DNA from: a virus
IMG/VR virus record: IMGVR_UViG_3300035338_000016
Span: 14,784 to 78,783 of that record
Length of the DNA stretch: 64,000 bases
Direction: 5' to 3' (one strand)
Shown here in pieces: positions 1 to 10,235 of the stretch. Within the stretch, counting starts at the first letter, position 1. Every line of letters starts with the position of its first letter. The notes below the pieces were generated by a model, which was not told the DNA's origin, did not search any database, and saw only the letters and a list, made by a program, of their open reading frames with translations. A program made the position numbers and the translations under genes.

Positions 1-17
1 TTACGTCTTTTGGATCG

Positions 18-431
18 TTAATCATATTCACATTCTCCAATCTCACAAATATCTACTCTAACAATATAAGTATCACGTTCAATAAAACGAATATCATCGC
101 ATGTTTCTTTTGCATACTTATATGAATGATATAATTTAGCTTTCCTTATTTGTTTATCCCATTTGTTATATCCAATAAAGTAAAACCCGTCTCTGTCTTT
201 AACAGCAAATGTATTATCTCTTATTGTTTCTGCCTTTGGTTGGTTTAAGTTTCTACCACATATCGGGCAAAACTTCCATTTAGTTTCATAGTCTACACAA
301 ATATTATTACTATCTTCTCCATTACACCAATCTACTAGAATAGGATAATCATCTTCCCATGTGTCAGATATATCCTCTTTCTCGTCTTTATGTACGCAGG
401 TATTGCATCTTACTTTGCAAAAATCACACAA
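18..431 (-). CDS. Hypothetical phage protein with Cys motifs (CDFC, FCPICG)
   Basis: 137-aa ORF, TTG start, AAAGGAG SD, zinc-ribbon-like motifs. Confidence 0.6.
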   Translation of the reverse strand: MCDFCKVRCNTCVHKDEKEDISDTWEDDYPILVDWCNGEDSNNICVDYETKWKFCPICGRNLNQPKAETIRDNTFAVKDRDGFYFIGYNKWDKQIRKAKLYHSYKYAKETCDDIRFIERDTYIVRVDICEIGECEYD

Positions 432-432
432 A

Positions 433-606
433 TTATTTAGTTGCTCCTTTCTTGTTGTACCCTCTTAATATTTTTCTTTGATATTCAAACAACTTGATTC
501 CTAAAAATTCTTCACAAAACCTATCTGGATTATTTCTATAATATTTAATAAATTTCTTATATTTTCTCTGTTTGAGTTTGGTTCTTATCCGAGTAAGTAA
601 ATTCAT
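433..606 (-). CDS. 57-aa protein resembling the N-terminal helices of SPbeta-type large terminase
   Basis: Not in the ORF track. GAAAGGA SD then ATG; translation MNLLTRIRTKLKQRKYKKFIKYYRNNPDRFCEEFLGIKLFEYQRKILRGYNKKGATK. Confidence 0.6.
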   Translation of the reverse strand: MNLLTRIRTKLKQRKYKKFIKYYRNNPDRFCEEFLGIKLFEYQRKILRGYNKKGATK

Positions 607-608
607 TA

Positions 609-3600
609 TTAATTATCCTTTCTTGATATGCATTCATAAATAGCTATAGGAAGCCTGAATAAAATATACAACCACACCAAAGGAAAAAATAGTGAAAAAT
701 AAAATTCTAATATTGGTTCGTCATCTAATCCCATAAATACATGCAGGAACAACTCAGTTGCAAAAGCACCCAAAATATAAATAATTATAAATATCATCGT
801 ACCATCATCTCCTTTCATACCAAATGAATTATTTGTTTCAAGCGTTCTTTCTCTGTTCAATTGCTTTATCTAACTTTCCCTGTACTTGTGCTTGAATTTT
901 ATTACCGAAAAAGACAAATATAAATAGCATGGCAACATTCATAACTGGGATAAAACTATATATGAAAATTTTCAGCCAAGATAAGATAACACCACTTGTA
1001 TCACTTTTAAACGCTATCATTTTTAGTTCTTCTTTATACTTATGTTTCGCTTGATTAATACCACTTAAATTATGTAAAACTAAAATCGCTAATGTTAAAA
1101 TGCTTACTCCTAAATAAATTTTAAAAATCATCTTCTTCGTCATCCTCTTCAGTTTCAACTGGTGTTTCTAGAACCATTCCTAAAATACAACCGACCTCAT
1201 ATGCTAAATTTGATTGACCTGACGCAAAACCATCTTCAAAACAGTCATCATAATTTCCACAAGATCTTTCAGAAGTCCAATTATAGTTGTATGCCTTATA
1301 GTTTTCTCTTACTAAGTTACTTAACTCATTTAAAACTTTTTCAATATTTTTCATTTTAGCTCCTTCTTCAAAAACTTGACTAATAGTTTTAAAAGTGCCA
1401 TCTTCATTTTGAACATCCACATTGAACGTTTCTTTAAAAAACACTTTATATGCTTCCAACTGTTCACCTACGTTGGCGGCAATTTCATAATTAATAATTT
1501 GTGTGGCTTTGTCTAAATTCAAATTTATTCCTCCCTTGAAACTAAAATTTTAACACTAAATAAATTGCTACCGGATAATAAACATAATCTAATATCGTAT
1601 TAAACAGAAAATACATTCTTTTAAACTTAAAATCTTCGGCAATCACAGTATATGGTCAGTGTTTAAAGTATCATACCATGAATAAATTACTGTTAATATT
1701 TGCAACACCGACAATACAATAAAATATGTATAATCATACTTAGTACCTAAATTTACATAAAATAATGCAAAAAGTATTGAAATTAAAAGCATTACAAACT
1801 TTACTACTTCGGGTTTTGGTTTTGGATTTTTAGATAGATATAACTCATTCCTTTCAATAGTTTTCCTGATCTTTTTATCGTATTCTTTCTTGCTAAGTGC
1901 TGATGGAGTTGATTTAATCCTCGTCAATAACAACCCTACTAAAATTACTAATGTAAATATTTTCAATTATTTCCCTCCTGTTTTTGATTGTTAAATTATT
2001 TTTCTTATAAGGTCAAGATTTACATTTTGCTCGATTGTTTCGTCTACTAACTTAAACAGTCCATTGGATAAACTAAGCACAGCACAAGTATTAGTCGTAA
2101 CGTCGTGCCAAGCACAATCATTATTACAAATAGTCTTAATTAAAGGACACCATTTTTTATTTTCACTCATTTACGCATCTCCTTTCAAATCAGAATTTCA
2201 TTTAATCTTTCCATTCAACCATCTCCTGTTTTTCAATCCCCCCCCCTAATAAACCATTCTTTCAACTGTCCTCTTCAAAATAAACTATTTCATTTTCTTT
2301 TAATGGCAACCAACCTTTGATTTTTTCATATACATATTTTGTCATTACTCCGTTAAAATCTTCTCCAAAACAATCTTTATAATCATTTCTTTCAGTCGAA
2401 AGTTTCAAAAACGCAACAATATCAGAAAGAACATTTTCTGAAACAATGTTGTATTCCTCATATATCCATTCAAGGTCATCTCTGTCTAAATAGAATTTTC
2501 TTAGAACAGGATAGCAACTATTCACTTCATCAATCGTTGCTAATTCAAAATCCGTGAAGTACGGATTACTAATATCTCTTATTTTTGTCTTATCTGCTTT
2601 AATTAAATACATATCGTATCCCATAATTCATTCACTCCTTAATCGTTTGAATCCATGATTTCAAATGTTTATTTATTCCTCCCACCAATTAAACCCTTTA
2701 TTTATTTCTCCATAGCTAAATAAAGTTTTAGGAGTAAAACTATCTTCTGCACCAGGACGACAAACATTTTGGTGTACTTTATAACCCAAATCTTTCATTA
2801 CTTGAATATATTCTGGTTTTACTCCAATAAACGCCTTACTCCACTTTCCATGACCACAACAACATCCAGTTGTTTTGATTCCCATTTCCCATAAACTAAC
2901 AACCTCGCCTAATAAACATTTATCAATCGCAACTGTCTTTGCTTCTAATTTACTATTATCTTCCCATGGGGACTTTACTTTATATGGCAACATCATGTTA
3001 TAAGCACAATCGTATGTTCCGAAATCTATTTCGCTGCACCTCATTTTTAATCATTCTCCTTTCTTAACTTCTCCGCACACTTCTGCAAAGCGTACATATT
3101 GATAAAATATCTTTGGTCAATACATCTGCCAGCGTCCCACAAATTACTTTCACATTCTTCATCGAATTCACTAAAATTTGTTCTTCTCAAAAATGCAATC
3201 CATTCATATTCATCTGTATGAGATAGAGCCTCAAATGTAAAATCAATTATATTTATTAAATCGTCAATATTATTTTGTTCACAAAACTCTTCATTTTCAT
3301 AATATTTAAGTAATGGATTAAAACTATTAAATTTACTTTTCAAGAATTCTACAACTTTATCAATCTTCTCTTCTTCAATGTCATAGTAATTTTCTAAGCG
3401 TTCTCTTAGCCACTCATAAATATCATCTTCGCATTTTGTTTCATCATAAAGACGTAAAGCTTCTCGGCTTTCATGACTTAACTTCTCCATCTGATAGCCA
3501 ATATTGTCATAATGCAAATTGTAAACTGTACCCTTCCATGTCATTTGATTAAAGGTCATTGTCCCGTAATCGCCGTAAACGCATAAGAAGTGTCCATCTC

Positions 3601-4213
3601 TATACAAACAAACTTTTTGATATTCACTATTCGGCTTTCTAATCATCCATAGAGCATGATTATCATCAAAAATTTGTTCTGTTTCCTCCCAATCATCAAA
3701 GGCTGTTTTGTAATAGTCTCCGATGATGTGATCAATTAGTGCCATTTTTATTTTTCCTTTCTTCTATGAATTTCTTTATTTCTTCCATTAACATTAAGTC
3801 GTTTTCATTAGGTTTATATGGTGATAAATCAATCGGTAATTCGCCACCATTTGATTTTCTCTGGATTTCTTTTGAAAGCTTTTCTTCAAGTGTTCTAGTA
3901 TATTGAATAATGGTCACTCCTTTGTTTCTGGTAACAATAGAAACATTACAGTCTCATAGGCTTCATACTTTTCTCTACAGTATTCCATCATGAAATGTAT
4001 ATCATCTTTTTGTAAAACATCTTTATTTTTACAAACTGGTAATAACACACCCATAGATAATGGATATGAACTTTTTAAAACTTCTTCATCTTTAATGCCA
4101 TTGTTGCTCATAAGAATTGTTGTAATAAAACTTTCCCATGAGTATTCTCCTTTCACTTCGATAATTCTGCTTTGGAAATCGTTCAAGTTAGATGTTGTTT
4201 GAATTATTTTCAT
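609..4213 (-). other. Cluster of small co-oriented hypothetical CDS, several membrane-associated
   Basis: ORFs 609-860, 838-1158, 1121-1522, 1643-1966, 1991-2170 (59 aa, not in track), 2262-2624, 2673-3044 (TTGCCCGHG motif), 3047-3745, 3732-3917, 3914-4213; abutting, most with SD sites. Confidence 0.75.
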
Positions 4214-4247
4214 ATTATCTCCTTTCCTTGGCGATAAATCGTAGGAT

Positions 4248-4592
4248 TTATTTGTTATTCATAAATGGCTTCAATACTTCTTCAAAAAGTTCGTCGTCAA
4301 TGACAGGATGTTCCCATTCCCAACTCCAAGGATGAATTTTGGCTCTATTCCCTCTCACTGTTTCTTCTGGTTTACTAGGAGTAATAATTTTTATTGAACT
4401 TCCATTTTTAAAAACAATTTCTGCGTTTTCCATAGTCTTAATTTCATCTTGTAAAATTTTATGTTGGTCGTTCAGTGTTCTAAAGTCATCAAAATATTTT
4501 TCCATATCGTTTTCATCACATACTAAACATATTTGACTTTTTGAATATAAAATTGCTCTAAGGATACATTCTATTTCTTTTCTTAATTTCAC
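4248..4592 (-). CDS. Truncated large-terminase ATPase-subdomain-like protein
   Basis: CILRAILYSKSQICLV, IVFKNGSSIKIIT, VRGNRAKI and FEEVLKPF segments match the SPbeta YonF-type terminase ATPase region; Walker A and Walker B are absent. Confidence 0.6.
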   Translation of the reverse strand: MKLRKEIECILRAILYSKSQICLVCDENDMEKYFDDFRTLNDQHKILQDEIKTMENAEIVFKNGSSIKIITPSKPEETVRGNRAKIHPWSWEWEHPVIDDELFEEVLKPFMNNK

Positions 4593-4607
4593 TGATTACT
4601 CCTTCCC

Positions 4608-5160
4608 TTATAATTTAAATCCTACATCAGACACCTCAAATACTTGTGGCATGTCGAACACTTTGCCATCATATGTAGCCGTTTCATTTTCTGCAATTTG
4701 AGCAGAATAGGTTGGCTCTGCGTAGAAACATTGCAACTTATCTAATACTTTAAGTGCTTGATTCTGTGTTGCATATTCTCCCATTGGTTGCTCACACAGA
4801 CCTTTCAGATAAAATATAATTCTATATTTGTCTTCTACTCTGGTCATGTTCATAACTTCTACTGAATCTAAATTAATTAATACTGTTTGGTCTTGGCTTC
4901 TAATTAACATGTTTGTCCTTTCATTTTTGTCTTCTCACATCATGATATCCACCACAATGGTCACATGTATTATTCCACATTGAATTTTCCAACTCGCATC
5001 CTTTACATCCTTTAACTTTAACCGTGATATATTTTTCTTCATCTTCTTTTTGTTTAACTTCAAAACAATAATCATCTAAAATTGAAATTTCTTTTTCTTT
5101 TTTTCTGATCAATGCTTTTAACTGCTGACTAGATAAATTAACATATTCTTTTTTCTTCAA
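4608..5160 (-). other. Two small hypothetical CDS (4608-4910, 4921-5160)
   Basis: ORF track; SD sites present. Confidence 0.65.
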
Positions 5161-5213
5161 GTTATCATCCTTTCATATTTCTTCTCTCCTTTGAAAGATA
5201 AGTTTCATCTTAA

Positions 5214-6152
5214 TTATTCTCTTTCTAGTACCTCTTTGATCCCTTTAAAGAACCACTTTATTACTTCTATAGTCCAACCGTCGCCACACATATTGTAAAT
5301 ATGACCTTTTGCAACATTCATTTTGTACCAATTAGGAACGGTTTGTAATTTCCGATATTCATTTTCAGTTAATTTTCTACATATATTCTTTTTAATGTCG
5401 TACACTTTCTTTTGATGGTTGCCTCCCCGGCAAGATGTTAATGTAGCACATTTAAATTTAGGATTATTTACTCGTTTTAATATGTCATGACCATTAATAT
5501 GTAATGTGGCACAAACCTTTTTATCTAGTCCATGAAAGTCAAAATCTTGATTATAGTAATATGTATCATCAACATTTGTGTCTAAGATATCTTCCAGCAC
5601 TAAACTATTTTCTGTTGGAATAGTTTTGTAATCATATTCGATGTTTGTCCAATATAATCTTGATCTGTCACAAGCAGAAAATAAATTACTATCAATATGT
5701 ACCCATTCATCGCCAAGTCTATTACTAACTATTTCTCTATCTTCGGCATTCATACCATCTACGTTTTCACATAGATACAATACATTTGGATTATTATTTA
5801 CTTTTATCCAATCCAAAATATCTGCACAAGGATAAAATAACCATGATGCATTACCTTTTAAACCTTCGTCATAACCTTTTCTTCCTTTTACAGCTTTAGA
5901 GTTATTCCTACATGGAAATCCAAACAATACTAAATCAATTTTAGGCAAACCTTTTAACCACTCATCATTCTCATATAAATCTAATAAACTGCCACATTGA
6001 ATTGTATCTGGGAAGTTATCTTGTGTTACTTGGATTGCTTTATCATATATTTCACTTGCGTAATATTTTTCAATTGGAATATCTAATTCAGTCAAAGCAA
6101 TCTGACCACAACTCATACCATCACATAAGCTTAATATATTTAATTTTCTCAT
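5214..6152 (-). CDS. C5-cytosine DNA methyltransferase, canonical motif order
   Basis: Motif I LSLCDGMSCG, IV GFPC, VI ENV, VIII DRSRLYW, X GDGW. Confidence 0.95.
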   Translation of the reverse strand: MRKLNILSLCDGMSCGQIALTELDIPIEKYYASEIYDKAIQVTQDNFPDTIQCGSLLDLYENDEWLKGLPKIDLVLFGFPCRNNSKAVKGRKGYDEGLKGNASWLFYPCADILDWIKVNNNPNVLYLCENVDGMNAEDREIVSNRLGDEWVHIDSNLFSACDRSRLYWTNIEYDYKTIPTENSLVLEDILDTNVDDTYYYNQDFDFHGLDKKVCATLHINGHDILKRVNNPKFKCATLTSCRGGNHQKKVYDIKKNICRKLTENEYRKLQTVPNWYKMNVAKGHIYNMCGDGWTIEVIKWFFKGIKEVLERE

Positions 6153-6159
6153 TCATTTT

Positions 6160-6204
6160 TAGGAGTCACTTAAGTTTTATGTCCGGACAACTCGTTTCCT
6201 CCTA
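6160..6204 (-). promoter_or_regulatory. Twin-palindrome leader element upstream of MTase 1
   Basis: TAGGAG/CTCCTA inverted repeat enclosing the palindromes TGTCCGGACA and ACTTAAGT. Confidence 0.6.
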
Positions 6205-6234
6205 TATATTCTTTTATCGTTAAATAACTATAAA

Positions 6235-7188
6235 TTAATACTTCCAGTCTTCATTTCTTAAATCGAAAGCGTCTCCCATTTGCTGAATGTCTGGATAATT
6301 TTTGTTTGCTATTGCCTTTGCCCATTTATCAATTTCATAAGCTCTATATGTAATATTCGTATAACCTAATTGATCTAAAACATATCTGCCAGTACCAATT
6401 CCGTCATACAATGATAAGACTTCAATAGGATAATCTTTGGGAATATTAATATGGGATAAGATATGAATAATTACATTTGCAACCCAACCATTACCAGAGC
6501 ATTCGTATCTCCATTTATTAGGGACTTCAATTTCAGCACCATTATCATCAATACCATATTGGGTATACCCTACAGGCATTGTAAATAATCTTTCTACTTC
6601 TTCTGGCGTTAGCTGTCTTAAATAACCGTTTTGGTTCTCATAAACTTTTCTTGGATCAGTTTTCCACAATTCTTTTTGATATTCAGGTGTACAATTTTCA
6701 AATACGGCTTGTCCCATTGACTTACCAAAATATCTACGTCTTAAATAATCTTGACTTCCTTGGAAACCAGCATATCTTCTAGCTATGCATAATGATTTTT
6801 CTCTATCCACACATCCACTCTCTAAACAATCTTGTAATTTGATTTCTAATTCTTTTGGTTGTTGTACTCCTGGAATATTAAACCAATATACTCTTTTTCT
6901 GCTTTGACCGCTTACTAAAGCAGCATCAATCATCATGTATGGAACTCCTAGATGCTTACTTACTTCATCCTTAACAGATTGAGAAATTGAGTGGTTGTTT
7001 TCTACCATAAAATAATCTGGTTTGAATTTTTCTTTTGCAATAACACCGTTTAAAAATAATTCCCATCCCTCACCGCTATTTGGTTCTACTTCTCTATTCT
7101 CTGTCTTTTGACATACACTAAATTTAGTACAAGGGAAACCAAAAATTAATAGTCTTAAAGGTCTTCCATTTAATTCTTCTACATTCAT
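6235..7188 (-). CDS. Circularly permuted C5-cytosine DNA methyltransferase (motif order IV-VI-VIII-TRD-IX-X-I-II-III)
   Basis: GFPC near the N-terminus, then ENN, QSRKRVYW, RQLTPEEVERL, GNGW; LSLYDGIGTG, EID and GDAFD at the C-terminus. Confidence 0.9.
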   Translation of the reverse strand: MNVEELNGRPLRLLIFGFPCTKFSVCQKTENREVEPNSGEGWELFLNGVIAKEKFKPDYFMVENNHSISQSVKDEVSKHLGVPYMMIDAALVSGQSRKRVYWFNIPGVQQPKELEIKLQDCLESGCVDREKSLCIARRYAGFQGSQDYLRRRYFGKSMGQAVFENCTPEYQKELWKTDPRKVYENQNGYLRQLTPEEVERLFTMPVGYTQYGIDDNGAEIEVPNKWRYECSGNGWVANVIIHILSHINIPKDYPIEVLSLYDGIGTGRYVLDQLGYTNITYRAYEIDKWAKAIANKNYPDIQQMGDAFDLRNEDWKY

Positions 7189-7195
7189 TTTTCAT

Positions 7196-7243
7196 TAGGA
7201 GTAAACGCTGCGTTTATCGGTCGACCAAACCTCATTTCCTCCT
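7196..7243 (-). promoter_or_regulatory. Twin-palindrome leader element upstream of MTase 2
   Basis: AGGAG/CTCCT inverted repeat enclosing GGTCGACC and TAAACGCWGCGTTTA; same architecture as 6160-6204. Confidence 0.6.
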
Positions 7244-7338
7244 TTTAATTTTTTCTATATTTTGTGTTTTATTTTTGCTCAATTACTATATGTAGTAATA
7301 ATATCCAAATGAAATTTATGTTTCAAGTGCCTTGTGAT

Positions 7339-7863
7339 TTAACGAATTCTCAAACTCTCTCCCTGTGGTTCTAAATGAGCAAATTCACAATTCAAAGATC
7401 CATCTTTTCCTTCTAAACCATTCTCTTTAATGAATTCTCTAATTGCATCACCATTTACTGCGTCTGGTTGTTTAACTCTGTATTCTTGTGGTAACTTTTC
7501 AACATCTACATCCACAATCAACTTTCTCTTACCGCCGTTCTTCTGAATATTGAACGAAAATAAATCAGTTTTAAATTTGGTCTTTCCAGTAGCCATCATG
7601 CACATATGTAAATTCTGTTTTAACCATTTGATTCTATTTTCTAATGTTGTTTTTCTATTGTTTAATCTTGTAATTTCCGTTTCCAGACCTTTTACATCTG
7701 ACTCGAAACATTTGATAATTTTTGCATACCCATCTGCTTTCTCTTCAATTTCATATTCAATACATTCCAATGAATTAAGTATCGTTTCTTCATCGTAGCT
7801 ATCATCTTCTAACATTTCCATTAATTGAATAAAATTACCTGTAAGTTCATAAATGTTTGCCAT
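7339..7863 (-). CDS. Siphovirus Gp157 family protein
   Basis: MANIYELT start, IEEKADGYAKII and KTKFKTDLFSFNIQKN segments typical of the family. Confidence 0.9.
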   Translation of the reverse strand: MANIYELTGNFIQLMEMLEDDSYDEETILNSLECIEYEIEEKADGYAKIIKCFESDVKGLETEITRLNNRKTTLENRIKWLKQNLHMCMMATGKTKFKTDLFSFNIQKNGGKRKLIVDVDVEKLPQEYRVKQPDAVNGDAIREFIKENGLEGKDGSLNCEFAHLEPQGESLRIR

Positions 7864-7871
7864 ATATCCTC

Positions 7872-10235
7872 CTATGCTATGTCCTTTAATCTATTTTTGT
7901 TTTCAAGAAGAAATCCTCTCAAAAATGTTTGTTTGGTCTTTACTTCTTTTGTTTGAATTGCTTTTGTGATTGCATAACTATTTCCTACTAACACACAATA
8001 TCTTTTAGCTCTAGTGATAGCTGTATATAATAATTCAGAATTGTTCATGATGTAGCTGCTACTATCAATCCCTACAATAGTAGATGCAAATCCACTACCT
8101 TGCATCTTGTGAACTGTACAAGCATAAGCCAACTCTAATTTTTTAGATTCTTTCTTATTAAATACCACTTCTCCAATGCCAATAAAATCAATTGTGCAAT
8201 AACCATCATCTGAAATATCTTTTACGATTCCAATATTTCCATTGAATACAGGTGTAATTTCACCTTCCGTATTTGTACACTTATAATTATTTTTTGTATT
8301 TAAAACCTTATCTCCAACTCGTATAATGTATTTCTTTGTATCTTCATTTTTCTTTTCTAAAAATATTTCTAATTCATTGCCTTCTGTGAATTTTGGATTA
8401 TACAAAGCTTGAATTTTAGTATTTAGGTTATAACAAGATAATTCTCCACGAAGTCGCATTGGAACGCATACTTGCACTTCAATTATGTCATTGTATTTTT
8501 CAATTTCCCTTTGAAAATGAGTCATTATTGATTCTACTAGAGTCTCTTTATCGGTTTTATTATCTGAAATATCTAATTCCATATCTTCTAATTCACCTAA
8601 AATTTCATGTCCAGTAAAATTATTAGAAAATATTAATTCTTGGTTTGCAATTTTAATTGATGTAGGAATAATTCCACTTCTCAATGCCTGTCTATGTGGT
8701 TTGGTCAATCGTACAACTGGTAATACTTCACTATCCAAAATATCAGCAAAAACTTGACAATTTCCAATAGGTGTTAGCTGTTGAACATCTCCCATAATAA
8801 TTACCTTTGCTCCTGTTGGTATAGCTTCTAATAATGAAAGGAACAATGTACCATTTATCATAGTTGCTTCGTCAATCAGTACAATATCGACAGCTAATTT
8901 ATTATATTTATTAAAGTCAAAACTACCGTTCATATATTGCAAAGCTCTATGAATTGTACAAGCTGGCAACCCCGTAGCTTCTGTAATTCTTACACTGGCT
9001 TTACCCGATAACGCACATGCTAAAATACTATAATCTTCATACAATGAACAAATGCCATTTGCGGTCGTGGTTTTGCCACAACCGGCATCGCCCGTGATAG
9101 CAATAACATAATTATCAAGACTTAATTTAATAGCACCCCTTTGCTCATCTGTGAAAGGAAAACTTTGATTGTCCTCAACCTTTGTAACAATATCTTCCCA
9201 ATTGCAAATATTAAAAGACTTAGGAATATAATCTTGATGTAAATCATTTTCTAATGAATCATCATCTTCTTCATTACTTTCAATTATTTTGATGTTTCCT
9301 ATTTGTAATCGCATTAACTCTTTCATAATATTTTCTTCAAGTTCATAAAATTTTCGTAAAGCAATTTTATTACCATTATCAACTACCACAACATCTTTAT
9401 GATCTACCATTAATTTAGCCGTTGTATTTACTACTTCTTCTGGAACAAATCCAAGAGTGTCATATAGTGATTGCATTAATTCTTGATATGTAAGATAACT
9501 TTTACCTGCTTCACCTTGTTCATTTAAATGATGCAACAAGAATCCTTTAATTCTACGAATATCATATTGACCAATTCCAACCTTACAGGCTACCTCATCA
9601 GCTTTTTTAAAACCAACACCATCCACTCTTACTAAATCATATGGATTGTTTCTTACTACATCTATCACCGTATCAGGAGAATTATAAAACTCAACTAATT
9701 TTTTAATAAAAGTATGAGTCAATCCAAGTTGACCTAGTTCCATATAAATTGAACTATAATCCTTTGCTTCTTCATATTCATCAATCATTTTCAAAGCTAC
9801 TTGATTTCCTATTCCTTTTATCTCCATTAAAGACTTTACATCTCTATCTTCTAAGAGTTTCAAAACATCTTCGTATTTATCAAATAGCTTTTCTACCAGA
9901 TTTTCATTTAATATATTCTTCAGAAACTCTTTTTGTTTATCCTTACTTGAAATATCAATACACTTACTCATATATAAGATTTCATAAGTGTCACCATAAA
10001 TTTCATGAGTATCTACTACACGACCGTACATTTTGTAAGTTGTACCATAATCAAGTTTACAAACATTTCCTTTGTATTTTATTGTTTCAAGTTCTTCACA
10101 ATTTTCTATTGGTTTTACAATTCTTGCACTAAATATTGCAAACTCCCCTGATTCAACACTCTTGGAATATTTAGGAAATACAATTCTTTCTAAAACTACC
10201 TCTGCTTTTACAATCTTTTCTTCTTCCAATATCAC
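7872..10235 (-). CDS. recD2: RecD2-like SF1B DNA helicase
   Basis: NPYDLVRVDGVGFKKAD HhH region, Walker A GDAGCGKTT, DEATM, LAYACTVHKMQGS. Confidence 0.9.
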   Translation of the reverse strand: MILEEEKIVKAEVVLERIVFPKYSKSVESGEFAIFSARIVKPIENCEELETIKYKGNVCKLDYGTTYKMYGRVVDTHEIYGDTYEILYMSKCIDISSKDKQKEFLKNILNENLVEKLFDKYEDVLKLLEDRDVKSLMEIKGIGNQVALKMIDEYEEAKDYSSIYMELGQLGLTHTFIKKLVEFYNSPDTVIDVVRNNPYDLVRVDGVGFKKADEVACKVGIGQYDIRRIKGFLLHHLNEQGEAGKSYLTYQELMQSLYDTLGFVPEEVVNTTAKLMVDHKDVVVVDNGNKIALRKFYELEENIMKELMRLQIGNIKIIESNEEDDDSLENDLHQDYIPKSFNICNWEDIVTKVEDNQSFPFTDEQRGAIKLSLDNYVIAITGDAGCGKTTTANGICSLYEDYSILACALSGKASVRITEATGLPACTIHRALQYMNGSFDFNKYNKLAVDIVLIDEATMINGTLFLSLLEAIPTGAKVIIMGDVQQLTPIGNCQVFADILDSEVLPVVRLTKPHRQALRSGIIPTSIKIANQELIFSNNFTGHEILGELEDMELDISDNKTDKETLVESIMTHFQREIEKYNDIIEVQVCVPMRLRGELSCYNLNTKIQALYNPKFTEGNELEIFLEKKNEDTKKYIIRVGDKVLNTKNNYKCTNTEGEITPVFNGNIGIVKDISDDGYCTIDFIGIGEVVFNKKESKKLELAYACTVHKMQGSGFASTIVGIDSSSYIMNNSELLYTAITRAKRYCVLVGNSYAITKAIQTKEVKTKQTFLRGFLLENKNRLKDIA

